DNA of 64,000 bases from Mobula hypostoma (taxonomy: Eukaryota), in the NCBI RefSeq assembly GCF_963921235.1, contig NC_086097.1, positions 144,462,001 through 144,526,000 on the forward strand. The letters run 5' to 3'. A model generated the notes under the pieces. It made no database searches. It had not been told where the DNA came from and was given only the letters and a program-made list of their open reading frames with translations. Positions 48,421-61,004 of the stretch are shown one piece after another; position 1 is the stretch's first letter; the number at the start of each line of letters is the position of its first letter. A program made the position numbers and the translations under genes.

Positions 48421-51400
48421 GCAACACACACAAAATGCTGGAGTGTCTCGGCAAGTCAGGCAGTATCTATGGCAGTGAATAACCAGTCAATGTTTCAGGC
48501 CAAGACCATTCTTCAGGACTGAAATGGAAGGGGAAAGATGCCAGAATAAAAAGGTGGGAGGAGCAGAAGGAGGACTAGTGAGAAGGTGATAGGTGAAGCC
48601 AAGTGAGTGGGAAAGGTAAAGGGCCAGAGAAGAAGGAATATGACAGGAAAGGAGGCTGGACCACAGGAGAAAGGGACCCTGGAGGGATGCGTTAAGCAGG
48701 TGAGGAGAGGTAAAAGGACAGAATGGGGAATAGGGAAGGGTGAGGGGAAGGAAGGAGAAATTGACATTAATGCCATCAAGTTAGAGGCTACTCAGATGGA
48801 ATATAAGGTGTTGCTCCTCCAGAACAGGAATAAGAATCAAAATTAAAATGTTTGGCTACTGGGAGCAGAGGTGAAACAGACGGAACAGAGGTGTTCAACC
48901 AAGTGGTCCCCCAATTTATGCTGGGTCTCACCAGTGTAGAGGAGGCTACATTGGGAGCACCAAGCACAATCAATGACCCCGGCAGATTGGCAGGTAAAGT
49001 GTTGCCTCACCTGGAAGGACTGTTTGGGGTCCTGAATGGAGGTGAGGGGGGAGGTGAATGGGCAGGTGTAGCACTTGGGCTGCTTGCAGGGATATGTGCA
49101 AGGAGGGAGATAAGAGGAGACGGATGAATGGACAAGGGAATCGGGGAGGGTGTGATCACTGCAGAAAGGGAAGGGAGTGGGTAAAGATATAGACTAGATT
49201 TAGATTATGAGGACACGCAGTCCTCTTTTATTGTCATTTACTAATGCATGCATTTAGAAATGATACAATGATTCTCCAGTAAGATATCATAGAAACACAA
49301 GACAAACCAAGACTGAAAAAACTGAGAAAAACCACATAATTATAACATATAGTTACAACAGTACAAACCAATACCATAATTTGATAAAGAACAGACCATG
49401 GGCATGGTAAAAAAAAAAGTCTCAAAGTCTCTCAAAAGTCCCATCATCTCACTTTATACTTTAAACTTTATTGTCGCCAAACAATTGGTACTAGAACGTA
49501 CAATCATCACAGCGATATTTGATTCTGCGCTTTACACTCCCTGGATTACAAATATTAAATAATAAAGATATTAAAAATGGTTAAAATTAGTAAATATTAA
49601 AAATTTAAATTATAAATCATAGATAGAAAATAGAAAAATGGGAAGTAAGGTAGTTCAAAAAAACTGAGAGGCATGTCTGGATATTTGGAGGGTACGGCCC
49701 AGATCTGGGTCAGGATCTGTTCAGCAGTCTTATCACAGTTGGAAAGAAGCTGTTCCCAAGTCTGGCCGTACGAGTCTTCAAGCTCCTGAACCTTCTCCCA
49801 GAGGGAAGAGGGACGAAAAGTGTATTGGCTAGGTGGGTCGTGTCCTTGACGGTAGACGCAGATGGTAGAAGGAAGAAAAAAACTCTCCCTGCCATGAACC
49901 TCCAGCACCACAAACTTGCCAATGCAGCACGCTGGAAGCACCCAACCACACCCGACTCTTGAGTCCATCTGAAAACTTCGAGCCTCCGACCAGCCCTCCG
50001 ACACTGAGCACCGAGCACCATCTCTGCCCAGTGCTTCGACCCCGGCTCCGGCAACAGGCAATAGGCAAAGCCGAGGATTTGGAGCCTTCCCCTCCGAAGA
50101 TTCTCGATCGCACAGTAGCAGTGGCAGCGAAGCAAGCATTTCAGAAGTTTCTCCAGATATGGTTAGTTGTAGCATCCCTTTGGAGATGGAGGAAGTTGTG
50201 GAGAATGGGGTGTTGGATGCAGAGGCTCATGGGTGGTAGGTAAAAACAAGAGGAGCGCTATCACTGTTAGGAAGTGGGAAGATGGAGAGAGTGCAGGTGT
50301 TTAGGAAATAAGAGGAGTTGAGGGTGAGGGTAGCATCAATAGTGGAGGAAGGGAAACCCTATTCTTTGAAGAAGGAAAACATCTCTGATGTCCAGGAAAG
50401 GAAGGCCGCTTTCTGGGAACAGATGTGGCAGAGGCGAAGGGACTGAGAAAAAAGAGTAGCATTTTTACAGAAGATAGGGTGGGCAGAGGTAAAGTCGAGA
50501 TAACTGTGGGAATCGGTAGGGTTATAAAAGATGTTGATTGACAGTTTGCCTCCAGAGATGAAGACAGAGATCAAGAAAGTGGAAGGAGGTGTCAGAAATG
50601 GACCAAGTGAATTTAAGGACAGTGTGGAGGTTAGAGGCAAAGTTGATAAAATTGATGATCTCAGCATTCATGCATGAAACAACACCAATGCAGTTGTCAA
50701 TGTAGCGGAGGAAGATTTGGGGAGTATTACCAGGGAAGGCTTTGAACATTGACTGTTCTACATAGCCAACAAAAAGTCAGGAATAGCTGGATAGCTAGGA
50801 CCCATTCTGGTGCACTTGGCTACCCCTCGAATCTGGAGAAAGTGGGAGGAGCCAAAAAAAAAATAGTTGAGGGTGAGGTCCAGTTCTGCTAGATAAAGGA
50901 TGGTGGTGGTCGAGGGGAAATGTTTGGTTCTTTTGTGAAGAAAGAAGTAGAGAGCTTTGATGCCTTTGTGATGAGGCCTAGAAGTGTACACGGGCTGATC
51001 ATCCATGGTCAGTGACAAGGAATTGAATGTTCCTGAGGCGATCGAGAGAATGAGAAATGACACAGATGTAGGTGGGAAGGGATTGAACCAAATGGACAGA
51101 ATGGAATTGAGGTATGAGGACACAAGTTCAGTGGGGCAGGAGAAGGCAAAGACAACCAGCCTACCCAAAGAGTCCATTTTGAGGATCTTAGGTAGGAGGT
51201 AGAAGTGGGCAGTGTAGAGTAAGGGAACTATAAGTTTGGTGGCAGTGGATAGGAGCTCTCCAGAGTTGATGATGGTGTGGGAGACAGTTTTCTGATGGTC
51301 TGGAGTGGGGTCTTCTTGAAAGGGTAGGTATGAGGAGGTGTCTGAGCATTGCCAGCTGGCCTCAGCACGTTAGAGGTCAGTGTGCCACACTACAACATTA
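48421..51400 (-). mobile_element. Penelope-like element (RT and GIY-YIG remnants), interrupted at 49190-50160
   Basis: QIRGVAKCTRMGPSY, FLRYIDNCIG, FTWSISDTSFHFLDL and YNPTDSHSYLDFTSAHP are PLE RT motifs; terminal repeat with a hammerhead-like motif at 48484-48521. Confidence 0.85.
49190..50160 (-). mobile_element. Two nested Rex1-type LINE 3' ends inserted in a Penelope element
   Basis: Tails (agattt/agatta) at ~49191-49207 and (actttat) at ~49451-49470. The inner piece encodes LPSGRRFRSLKTRTARLGNSFFPTVIRLLN, a typical Rex1 C-terminus. Confidence 0.7.
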
Positions 51401-52604
51401 ACTCCATTGGCGTTTTAGCCTATGATCATTTTAGAATTGTACTCATAATGCAAATATAAGTACATTGCTCCAACACATATACACATTTGGTTATGCTCTG
51501 TTTGTTTTATGGATGATCTACTTACTAGCTATTTAAAACCAGCAACAACCACGTAAGTGAACTGATGAATTGAATTTGACCCTCATTTTTTTCTTTCACT
51601 GATGCTGTTACTGTGATACTGTTCTCATATGCTCGCTTTCCTTTAATACCAATGTCTCCTTCCTGGTTGCACTCTCCATTTCTTCTTGATCTCTGGAACT
51701 CCTTCCTTCTCTACTTGGCATAACTTTTTGAGATTCCTGTTTTCTGACCATGCTTCAAGATTCCCATTATTTCCTTTCCATTTGGATTAAAGGTATATTA
51801 ATAATATTACCATCGACAGATCAACCATAGACTCATTAAATGGCAGAATGGCAACCTCCTCATTCTTGTGTTTTGATATTTCCCCTTTCCAAAGTAAGGC
51901 TGAACAAAAGATAAAAGTAAGTAAAGAATAGATCAGGAAAATTCTAGTGGGTCAGAGTGATATTGTTAGACTGAACAACATTCTTTAGAACATGTGTTTT
52001 CAGTGAAGGTTAGGTTGTACCAGTTCCCTTCAGTGAGATTAAGAAGATTAGTGATTTTCATTTCTAATCATTCTTTATTTAACCCAATCTTTAACTTTAA
52101 TATTCTTTTTTTTTCATTTTCTGTTATTCAGAAGAAGGAATTTTGAAATGCATTTCAATGCTGTAGCCAAACTGCAATCCCAGGTCTTGGATACAGAACC
52201 ACATATAAATAGTTTTGGATGCCTATGGATTTGTTTACTGCTGACACCAAACAGATTTAAAGCCTATACCAGGGAACTATGTGAGGCAGAAAAAGACTGT
52301 GTTGGAATTATAGAATTTAGCCTAATGTTGCTTGACCAAAAGTGACTCCAATCATAAAGAAAGAAAACATTAATTTTGTATGTATTTCTGCCGATATTCC
52401 CTGACACACTGTGTGATTCCAACATTTTTGGTTTTTGTTTTGGATTTCTAACATCTGCATTTTAAAAAAATTATATGACTCAGGTTCCATGCCATTACCC
52501 TTTAACCCTCTCAGGTAAAATAGCTTGGACAATAGCTGCAATGTGTGCACAACCAAGGAGCACTCTAAAAAAGAAATGAGATTAAAACAAGTTGCTTTCT
52601 TACT

Positions 52605-53010
52605 TTCTGCCCGTAACACCATCGGCACTTAAGGCAGCAATGAAGGTCCTCCATCTCTTCCTGTCCTTGGCCACCTTCTCTACTGTGCCCCAGGTGTGAT
52701 TCAGAGTCCTCATCTCTCCCTCTACGGTACGGCACCAAGTTGTTTTTGGTTTTTGGTCTCCCGCGCTTCCTCTGCCCTTCAGGGGTCTGATGAAGTACTG
52801 TCCTGATGACAGAGTTGGTCTCTCTTCTCCTCACATGCCCAATCCATCTCCAGCATTTCCTCATGATGTTTGTGGCCACGTCATCACCGATAGTAAGATA
52901 ATCAGTGGTCCTGTCCTGAGTCTTTTGGCCGAGAGAGGACAAAGGATAAACATACAACCCTTGTGCAACCAGTATGAAGCAGAGTGAAAGGCATGATGTA
53001 GCAGATGGTT
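52605..53010 (-). mobile_element. RTE-clade LINE 3' fragment
   Basis: RKCWRWIGHVRRRETNSVIRTVLHQTPEGQRKRGRPKT is a characteristic RTE ORF C-terminus. Confidence 0.8.
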
Positions 53011-54639
53011 TCAGCAATCTTGAGATGAAAAGAATGGGGAAACTGCCAAGGCTTCTTACTGGAATTAAATGACCCTCTGCTGCTGTGTATGCCTCTGTGG
53101 TTGTTGGGGGAGTATGGGGTAAAGGGTGTGGTTGTGGGTCCCTCTGTGGTAGAATAGCTTGACAACATTCCCGTGGAGTGTGACCACTTTGGCGAAGTGT
53201 CAAAAGGTGGTTAACTCTGATGAAACCATGCTCCGGCAACAGTGAGTGTTTTAATTGCGACAGAGAACCAAAAGGGTACATGAGATAGATCAGAAAGAAA
53301 ATGTTAAGAATGGTCTGTGAAATTTATTTTCTGCTGTCAAACAGACTAGCTTCATTTCTGAAACAGACCAACAGCAGTCCAAAGAATGCATCAATAATCA
53401 AGTGCAGCCTCTCTAGCTGAGGTTGAAAACATCCCATTAACATTACTTATGAATTAGCTGGCATGAAGAAAGGAAATAAGAGAAAGTCTTCCACTGTACA
53501 GAGGATAGGTTCTGGGGCAGACAGAGATTAGTTGGCGAGATTTATAATAAGCTGTCTGAAAATTTATTGAGATCTTTCAGATTTCATTCTGAAGACCTAT
53601 AAAACATGAAAAAAAATAGTCTGAGTGTGCAGCTTTCTAAATAGAACACTCCCATTGTGGCTACGTGGGACATTGTTCCACATGGCATTGGGTCACACAA
53701 ATCAGTAAAATCAAAGGGTTGATCTCTGATCTATGACCTTTAAAACCTCTGTGATGTGTAGGATTATGTATCTTAAAAGAGACCGTATGGGGAAAGGATA
53801 GAGATAGAGGAGACAGGAAAGGGTTTACTGAACATTACACATAGAACAAAGAGTATTTGACTTGTCAAACCCATTATATTTTATGGGCTGATCTACCACT
53901 GAGTGTAGCCAATTTACGAATTCTGAGAAAAAATTGTCAAAAATCCAGGGATCCGGCACAGTGAGTTCAACAATATGGATTCAAACTGCAATTTAGAGAA
54001 GGCTATTCGACCACCAACCTTTCCGGCCTCCAGAAAGCTGGTGTTATGAACACTCTGAAGCATTGACTCAAACTCTGAAGCCTGTTATCCAAAACCCATG
54101 ATATTCCCACAGTTCTACAGCACCTGTTACCATGGCTGTGGAAGTCTGGAGTCACTTTCTTTGATCAAAATGAAGACCAAACATATCATTTGTCTGACTG
54201 AACAATCCACTTGGAAAGTAAATAAAGTATGATGAAGAACAAAAAAGTAATGCCATTATCCTGTACAGAGTTATTTTATGAATTGAAACCAATTTACCAC
54301 ATCAGAAAACTGAGATTAACTGGATTTTCATAAACCCAGGAGATTCGGCAGATGCTGGAAATTCAGAGTAACACACACAAAACGCAGGAGGAATTCAATA
54401 AGTCAGGCAGGTCTATGGAGAGGAATAAACATTCAGCGTTACTGGCTGAGTCCTGATGAAGCATCTCGGCCCACAACATTGACTGTTTATTCCAAGCCAA
54501 AGATACAGCCTAACCTGCTGAGTTCCTCCAGCATTTTATGTGTATTAACTGGTCTTTTTCGTTTATTCTCTTTTCCAAATATCTGTTTGGATTTGGTAAG
54601 TTTAGTACCCCAAGGGGACAAAATAATAACTACTCAAAG

Positions 54640-55640
54640 GGGTGACTTCAAGACTAATCTGTAGAAATAAAGGAAGGAACATCAGATCAGGTACATTGAG
54701 AGTTCCATCCAGAAGTCTTCTTGGACATTCAGACAGCCTTTGAGAAGGTGCCGCACATGAGGCTGCTGAACAAGATGAGAGATCATGGTATCAAAGTTCA
54801 AAGTTCAAAATGAATTTTGATAGGTCTTGATTAGTAAGTATGTCAAAGGTTAAGGGAAGAAGGGAGGAGAATGGTGTTGAGGAGAAAAATAAATTGGCTA
54901 TGATTGAATGGTGGAGCAGACTTGATGGGCTGAATGGCCTAATTCTGCTTCTGTCTTATGCTCTAAGTACAGAGGTAGTCATTTTGATGGGATTGTACTG
55001 AGGAGCTTCCAATAAGTAGATGGGAATTAGAAATGCAAACATGTATGGCGATTGTAGGAATAATAGGTTTGTAATAGTAGGTGATTTTATCTTACAGCAT
55101 TAAATGGGGCAGAATTTGTTAAGATTGTTGAGGAAGGTTTTCTCAGGCAATATGTGGGTAGTCCTATCGGAGAAGGGCAACATTCAACTTCCTCTTTGGC
55201 GATGATGTCAGACATGTGGCCGAACTGTCAGTAAGTTGAATACTTCTCATCTGTACTCCCTATAGACAAGATCATAGAAGCTAGGGAATTCAGGGAATAG
55301 AACAGCAATGTCTTGGAACAAATCAATATTATGAAAAGAGAGTTACAGTCTTAAGGTGCATAAAATTATATAAATCCCTGGGACCCAAGTGTAAACTAGG
55401 ACATGATGGAAAGTAAGGGAATCACTTGCTCGGGTCGTGGCATCGATATCAGGTATCATCCTTGGTCATAGGTGAGGTACTAGAGGGTGGCTGATGTGCC
55501 TTCAGTTGAGAAGGGATGCAAGAACTAGAGGGATATGGACCAAATGCAGGTAAGTGAGACTAGCACAAGAAGACAACTCAGTCATCGTTATAAGTTGTAT
55601 TAAAGGACATTTTTTTCCATACTGTTTATCACTCTGATAC
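54640..55640 (+). mobile_element. Patchy degraded CR1 fragments
   Basis: gcctttgagaaggtgccgcacatgaggctg matches the CR1 RT at ~42525; further CR1-like 3' UTR and endonuclease pieces follow. Confidence 0.55.
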
Positions 55641-56019
55641 TATGAATCTATTATTCCTCCTCGCACCAGAAACAGAGGGAATTGGCAGCCATGGAAAAGA
55701 AAATAAGCTACAAGTATATTATAGGGGAAATGGGATTGATTGAATTGCTCCAATAAAAAGCCAAATGGTCTCCTATAATTCATAAGAGAATTTGACAAAT
55801 AAATAGACACATGATGAGATGAAGCAGATGACTATAGATTTGTGATTTCCAATTGACAGAGGCTGATTAAAATGATTAATAAATAACCATTATCATTTTA
55901 TCATGTGACCACCAAGATGTCTATAAAGGCAAATTAAATGACATGCCTATTGTTCATAAAGCTGTTTTAGGACATTATCAAAAGCCACTTTATGAAGTTT
56001 ATGTGTTAAAACCTATCCA

Positions 56020-57265
56020 TCCCCATGGCTATGCTGACTATATACCTTTCCACACTGTCTCCTGGAAAAATGCTATTCCCTTTTCTCAGTTCCTTCATCT
56101 CCACTGCATCAGTTCCTAGAATGAGCTTTTCCTTTCCAGGACATCAGAGATGTCCTTCTTTAAAGAACAGGATTTCCCTTCCTCCACCATTGATACTGCC
56201 CTCACCCGCATCTCCTCCATTTTCTGGACATCTGCGCTCACCCTGCCTTCCCTTCGCCTTAACTGGGATAGAGTTCCTCTAGTCTTCAACTATCATCCCA
56301 TGAACCTTCACAAACAATATACCATTCACTGCAATTTTCACCATCTTCGATGAGATTCTACTACCAACCATACCTTTACATCCCCTCCAATCCCCTGCTT
56401 TCTGCAGAGATCACTCCCTCTGTGATCCCCTTGTCCATTCGCTCCTCCCCACTAACCTTCCTCCTGGTACATATCTCGGCAAACGAGAGAAATGCTACGT
56501 CTGCCCATTCACTCCCTCACTTCCATTCAGGATCCCTAAAATTCCTTTCAACTGAGGTAACAATTCACCTGCAAATCTGTTGGGGTTGTCTGTTGTATCT
56601 GATGCTCCCAATATGGCTCCTTTATATCAGTGAAACCTGACATAAACTGGGAGACCGCGTTGTCCAGCATTTCCGTTCCATCTGTTAAAGTGGAATTTCC
56701 TGGTGGACAACAATTTTAATTCTTATACCCATTCCTGTTCTGACATGCTGGTCCATGACCTCCTCTTCTGCCATGATGAGGCCACTCTCAGGGTGGAGGA
56801 GCAATATCTCATATTCTGTCGAGGTAGCCTCCAACTTGATGACATAAAGATCAATTTCTCCAACTTCCAGTATGTTTTCCTCGCTTTTACTTTTCTCTTC
56901 CTCTTCCCTCTTCTTCTATTTCCCACTCTGGCCTCTTAGCTCATCTCCTCACCTTCCTATTACTTGCCTCTGATGCCCCTCCTTCCCTTTCTCCTTTTGT
57001 TCACTCTCCTGTCCTATCGGATTCCTTCTTTTCTATCCCTTTAACATTCCCACCCACCTGGCTTCACCTATCACCATGTTACTTGTCCTCCTTCCCTCGC
57101 CCCACCATTTTATTCTGGCATCTTTTCCCTTCCTTTCCAATTCTGATGAAGAGCCTCAACCCACAAGGTCGACTGTTTATTCATTTTCATAGATGCTGCC
57201 TGATATGCTGAGATCCTCCAGCATTTTGTTTGTATTGCTCTGGATATCCGGCACCTGCAGAGTCT
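56020..57265 (+). mobile_element. Penelope-like element 3' part
   Basis: MSFFKEQDFPSSTID...RVPLVFNYHP, a GIY-YIG-like LLYISET, and a terminal repeat with a degenerate ctgatga motif at 57143. Confidence 0.8.
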
Positions 57266-57544
57266 CTTGTGTTTATTTTATGAAGTTATCTTTCTTCTCA
57301 AAAATGAAACACTCAAGCTAAAATGGAGCATTCAGCCTATTGTTCTTGTGCAACACCATAATCAAAGTATTCATCCAGCCTCCTCTTTCCACATATTTAT
57401 ATTGAGATCATTTTTGAAACTTGCCAATCTATTCCAACCATATTTTTGGCAGAAAATTCTAGATAATAATCCATGTTTTCAATCTTCCTCTAGACTTCCT
57501 TGATTTAAAATGAAAAGAATCTGTAATCTTTTTCCACTAGTACT

Positions 57545-58925
57545 TAACATCCACAGTGCTGAAGTGTTCTGAGAAGTTCGTGATGAATAAAATCAACTCC
57601 TGACTGAGAGGTGACTTGGATCTGTTCCAATTTGCCTACGGGAGCGACAGATCCACAGCAGATGCCATCTCATTGGCTTCTCTCTCGACCCTGGAACATT
57701 TGGACAGCAAATGTGCATATATCAGGATGCTCCTTATTGACTACAGCTCAGCATTCAATACCATTGTCTACTCAAAGCTAATCAGTGAGCTCCAAGACCT
57801 TGGCCTCAATACCTCCTCTACAATTGGATCTTGGATTTCCTCACACGTAGACCACAGTCACTTTGGATTGACAACAATACCTCCTCCCCAATCTCCATCA
57901 GCACAGGTGTACCACAAAGCTGTGTGCTTAGCCCCCTGCCCTGCTCGCTCTCCACTTAAGTCTGTGTGGCTAAGTACAGCTCCAATGCTTATGTTTAAGT
58001 TTGTTGATGACACCACTGTCGTAAGCCAAATCAAAAGTGATGATGAATCAGCATATAGGAGGGAGATTGAAAATCTGGCTGAGCAACCTCTTACTCAATA
58101 TCAGCAAGATCGAGGAGCTGATTATTGACTTCAGGAGGAGGAAGTCAGAGGTCCATGAACCAGTCCTCATTGGAGGATCAGAGGTGGAGAGGGCCAGCAG
58201 CTTCAAATTCATCAGTGCACATAAGTGCAATTAAAAAGAAAGCGTGACAATGCCTCTACTTCCTTTGGAGTTTGTGAAGGAAGATTCAGCATGACATCTA
58301 TAGCTGACAAAAATGTGTGGCGAAGAGTATATTGACTGGCTGCATCACAGGCTCGTATGGAAACACCAATGGTCTTGAACAGAAAATCCTATAAAAAGTA
58401 GTGGATATAGGAGTCCATCAGGAGTAAAGCCCTCTCCACTATTGAGCGCATATACATGAAACGTGGTGCGGGAAAGCAGCATCCATTATCAGGGACTTCT
58501 ATCACCCAGAACATGCTCTATTATCACTGCTTCCATCAGGAAGAAGGTAGAGGAGCCTCATCTCGCATCACCAGATTCAGGAACAGTTAGTACCCCAAAG
58601 GGGATAATGTCACTCAACTTCACAGTCCCATGATCCCACAACCTATGGCCACTCTGTCAAGGACTCTTCATCTCATGTTCTCAATATTTATTGCTTGTTC
58701 ACTTATTATTATCATTTCTTTCTTTTTGTATTTATACAATTTGTTGCCTTTTATACATTGGTTGAATGCCCAAGTTGGTGTGGTCTTATATTGATTCTAT
58801 TATGACTATTTCTCTGTTATGGATTTATTGAGTATGCCCACAAGAAAATGAATCTCGGGGTTGTATATTGTGACATACGGTATATGTACTTTGATAATAA
58901 ATTTACTTTGAATGTGGAACTTTGA
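57545..58925 (+). mobile_element. Rex1/Babar-type LINE 3' part
   Basis: DLFQFAYGSDRSTADAISL...YIRMLLIDYSSAFNTI...KFVDDTTVV RT fragments; 3' UTR shared with 47870-48180. Confidence 0.85.
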
Positions 58926-60684
58926 TTCTTTCCAGAAAACAATGTCAGATTCATCACTTTAACAAATCTCCACAGGGGTTTATCAGATATAGGTCCAATT
59001 TTTGTTCATTAATTTCTACTGGATATGGGCTTGATCATAATCGGCTTTGTTGTCCACCATATGCTCCACAATGAAGTCCATATATCTCATTTTAAATGCA
59101 AACATTAGGTGTATGATTTCTTCCCTAACACTCCAACATTTTCCATGGGGAGGTCAGCTAAGACAGAGTAGATAGATCCTGTATGACTTAGCCATTAGTA
59201 AATCTAGAAGTTCTGGTCCATCCCAAGCACTCGTATCATATATGTTTAACCCTTGGGTTGGGACATGCCTTTCATGCATTACCTGTTATTCCTGCAGGTG
59301 GTGCTACGATATGTGGTTTCAGTGTTGAAAGTGTCACACACACCTTGTAACATTGAGTAAAACACACCAATTACATTATTTTTATTGTAATTAGACTTCA
59401 CGATATAACTGCAAAGACCAGTCAATGAGCTCTGACAAATGACTCAGAATATCTTCAATATTGTTCCATATTCATCACTTATCCTCAATAATTGAAATTT
59501 TTGATGTCCAAAATGAGGATTTGACTTTTATAAATAAGCACAGACTCAATTGTATTTATCCACTGAATTATCCTTTTTGTTTTTAAATTACTTCATTAAA
59601 AATTTTACACAGCCAAAGTCACTTGATTTGAATAGCTTGCCTACAACTCGAATGCTAGCATCTAAGATTGGATAATGTAACTTGAATGGGTACAGTATGT
59701 TCTATTTGCAAGAAGAAAGAGTAAAATTCAGATTGTTGAAATAGTTTTCCTTAGCCTTTAATACTTATTCTCAATATTTTTTATATCAAATAATTTTCAA
59801 AATGGGGCATTTCAAAAAAAGTGGAACTAGGTTTTGTTTCAGAAGGAAAATCAGAGAGGCAAGTGTTAAATTGCTTGAACTTTGCAGGAAATAGATACCG
59901 TACCTCAGGGATGCTTTGTTCACTGAAGAAGTTAAAAGTACTTTTTACTCACACCATGGAGGTAGGAGAGAAAGGAGAGGTGGTTAGAGGAATTAGAATT
60001 TTGGTACTTAAAGTTGCAGACAACGAGGTGACCAAGAAGAGAAAATGTATAGAAAATTGGAAATCAAAGGAATAATCTTATTCTTCTTTTAATGTTGATC
60101 CACTTTAAACAAGTTATCATTTTGAGTCCATTATGATCAAAGGAGTACAGCAAACCTCTGATAAACTTGAAAAAGTCAATGTTAATTTTTACAGGAGCAA
60201 GATTGATATTTTACTTCCTATGCAACAAAATGCTGCATTTTAACACCAATTTATATCATTAATAAGTATTTCATGGCATCTCAGAAATGTACTGTACAAT
60301 CAAAATAATGGAAACCAAATTAAAGAAGGAGACAGTAGGCAAAAGGATTGGAAGTTCACTCAATCTTGGAGTCAGGCAGGATAGAAAGAGAGGTGGATTT
60401 CACACGGCCATTATGGAGGAGAAGATCTCAAGAGCAAGAGAAGAAATTTTGAAGAATAGATGAAAGGATTCTGAGATTGGAGAGCACAGATCAGGGCGAT
60501 TAGAAAGGACAGTGTAAATCATTAGGAAATTTGTAGTTTACCGTGGGCATGGTTTGAAGAGGTAAGGTGGGCTCGATCAGAAAGAAACAAATGCAGGGAT
60601 TGGAACTTGATTTTTGAACTGAAAGCAATGTACATCAGGAAAGACACTGAAGACAGGCTTATAGGGGGTTGGTGTGGAAGAATA

Positions 60685-60910
60685 ACACACAAAATGCTGG
60701 AGGAACTCAGCAGCTCAGGCAACATGTATGGAGGGGAATAAAATGAGCTGAGACCTATCATTAGGACTCATTTTCTAGTCCTGATGAAAGGTCCCAACCC
60801 ATAATGTCAACTGTTTATTTCCCTCCATAGATGCTGCCTGACCTGCTAAGTTCCTCCAGCATTTTGTGTGTTGCTCTGAATTTCCAGTACCTGCAGAATC
60901 TCTTGTGTTT
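60685..60910. repeat. Penelope-derived palindromic mini-element
   Basis: Arms at 60685-60741 and 60814-60871 are near-perfect reverse complements. Confidence 0.8.
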
Positions 60911-61004
60911 ATGATGTGGAAGAATATATGGGCAACTGCACCTAGTTTATGAGATAAAACTGGGATGTTGAATGGGATGTAGGTTGGAGAGCATTGTAGT
61001 CATT

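Noticed and set aside
52565..53281. 238-aa ORF as a host gene
   Set aside because: It is a chance read-through of an RTE fragment and flanking DNA.
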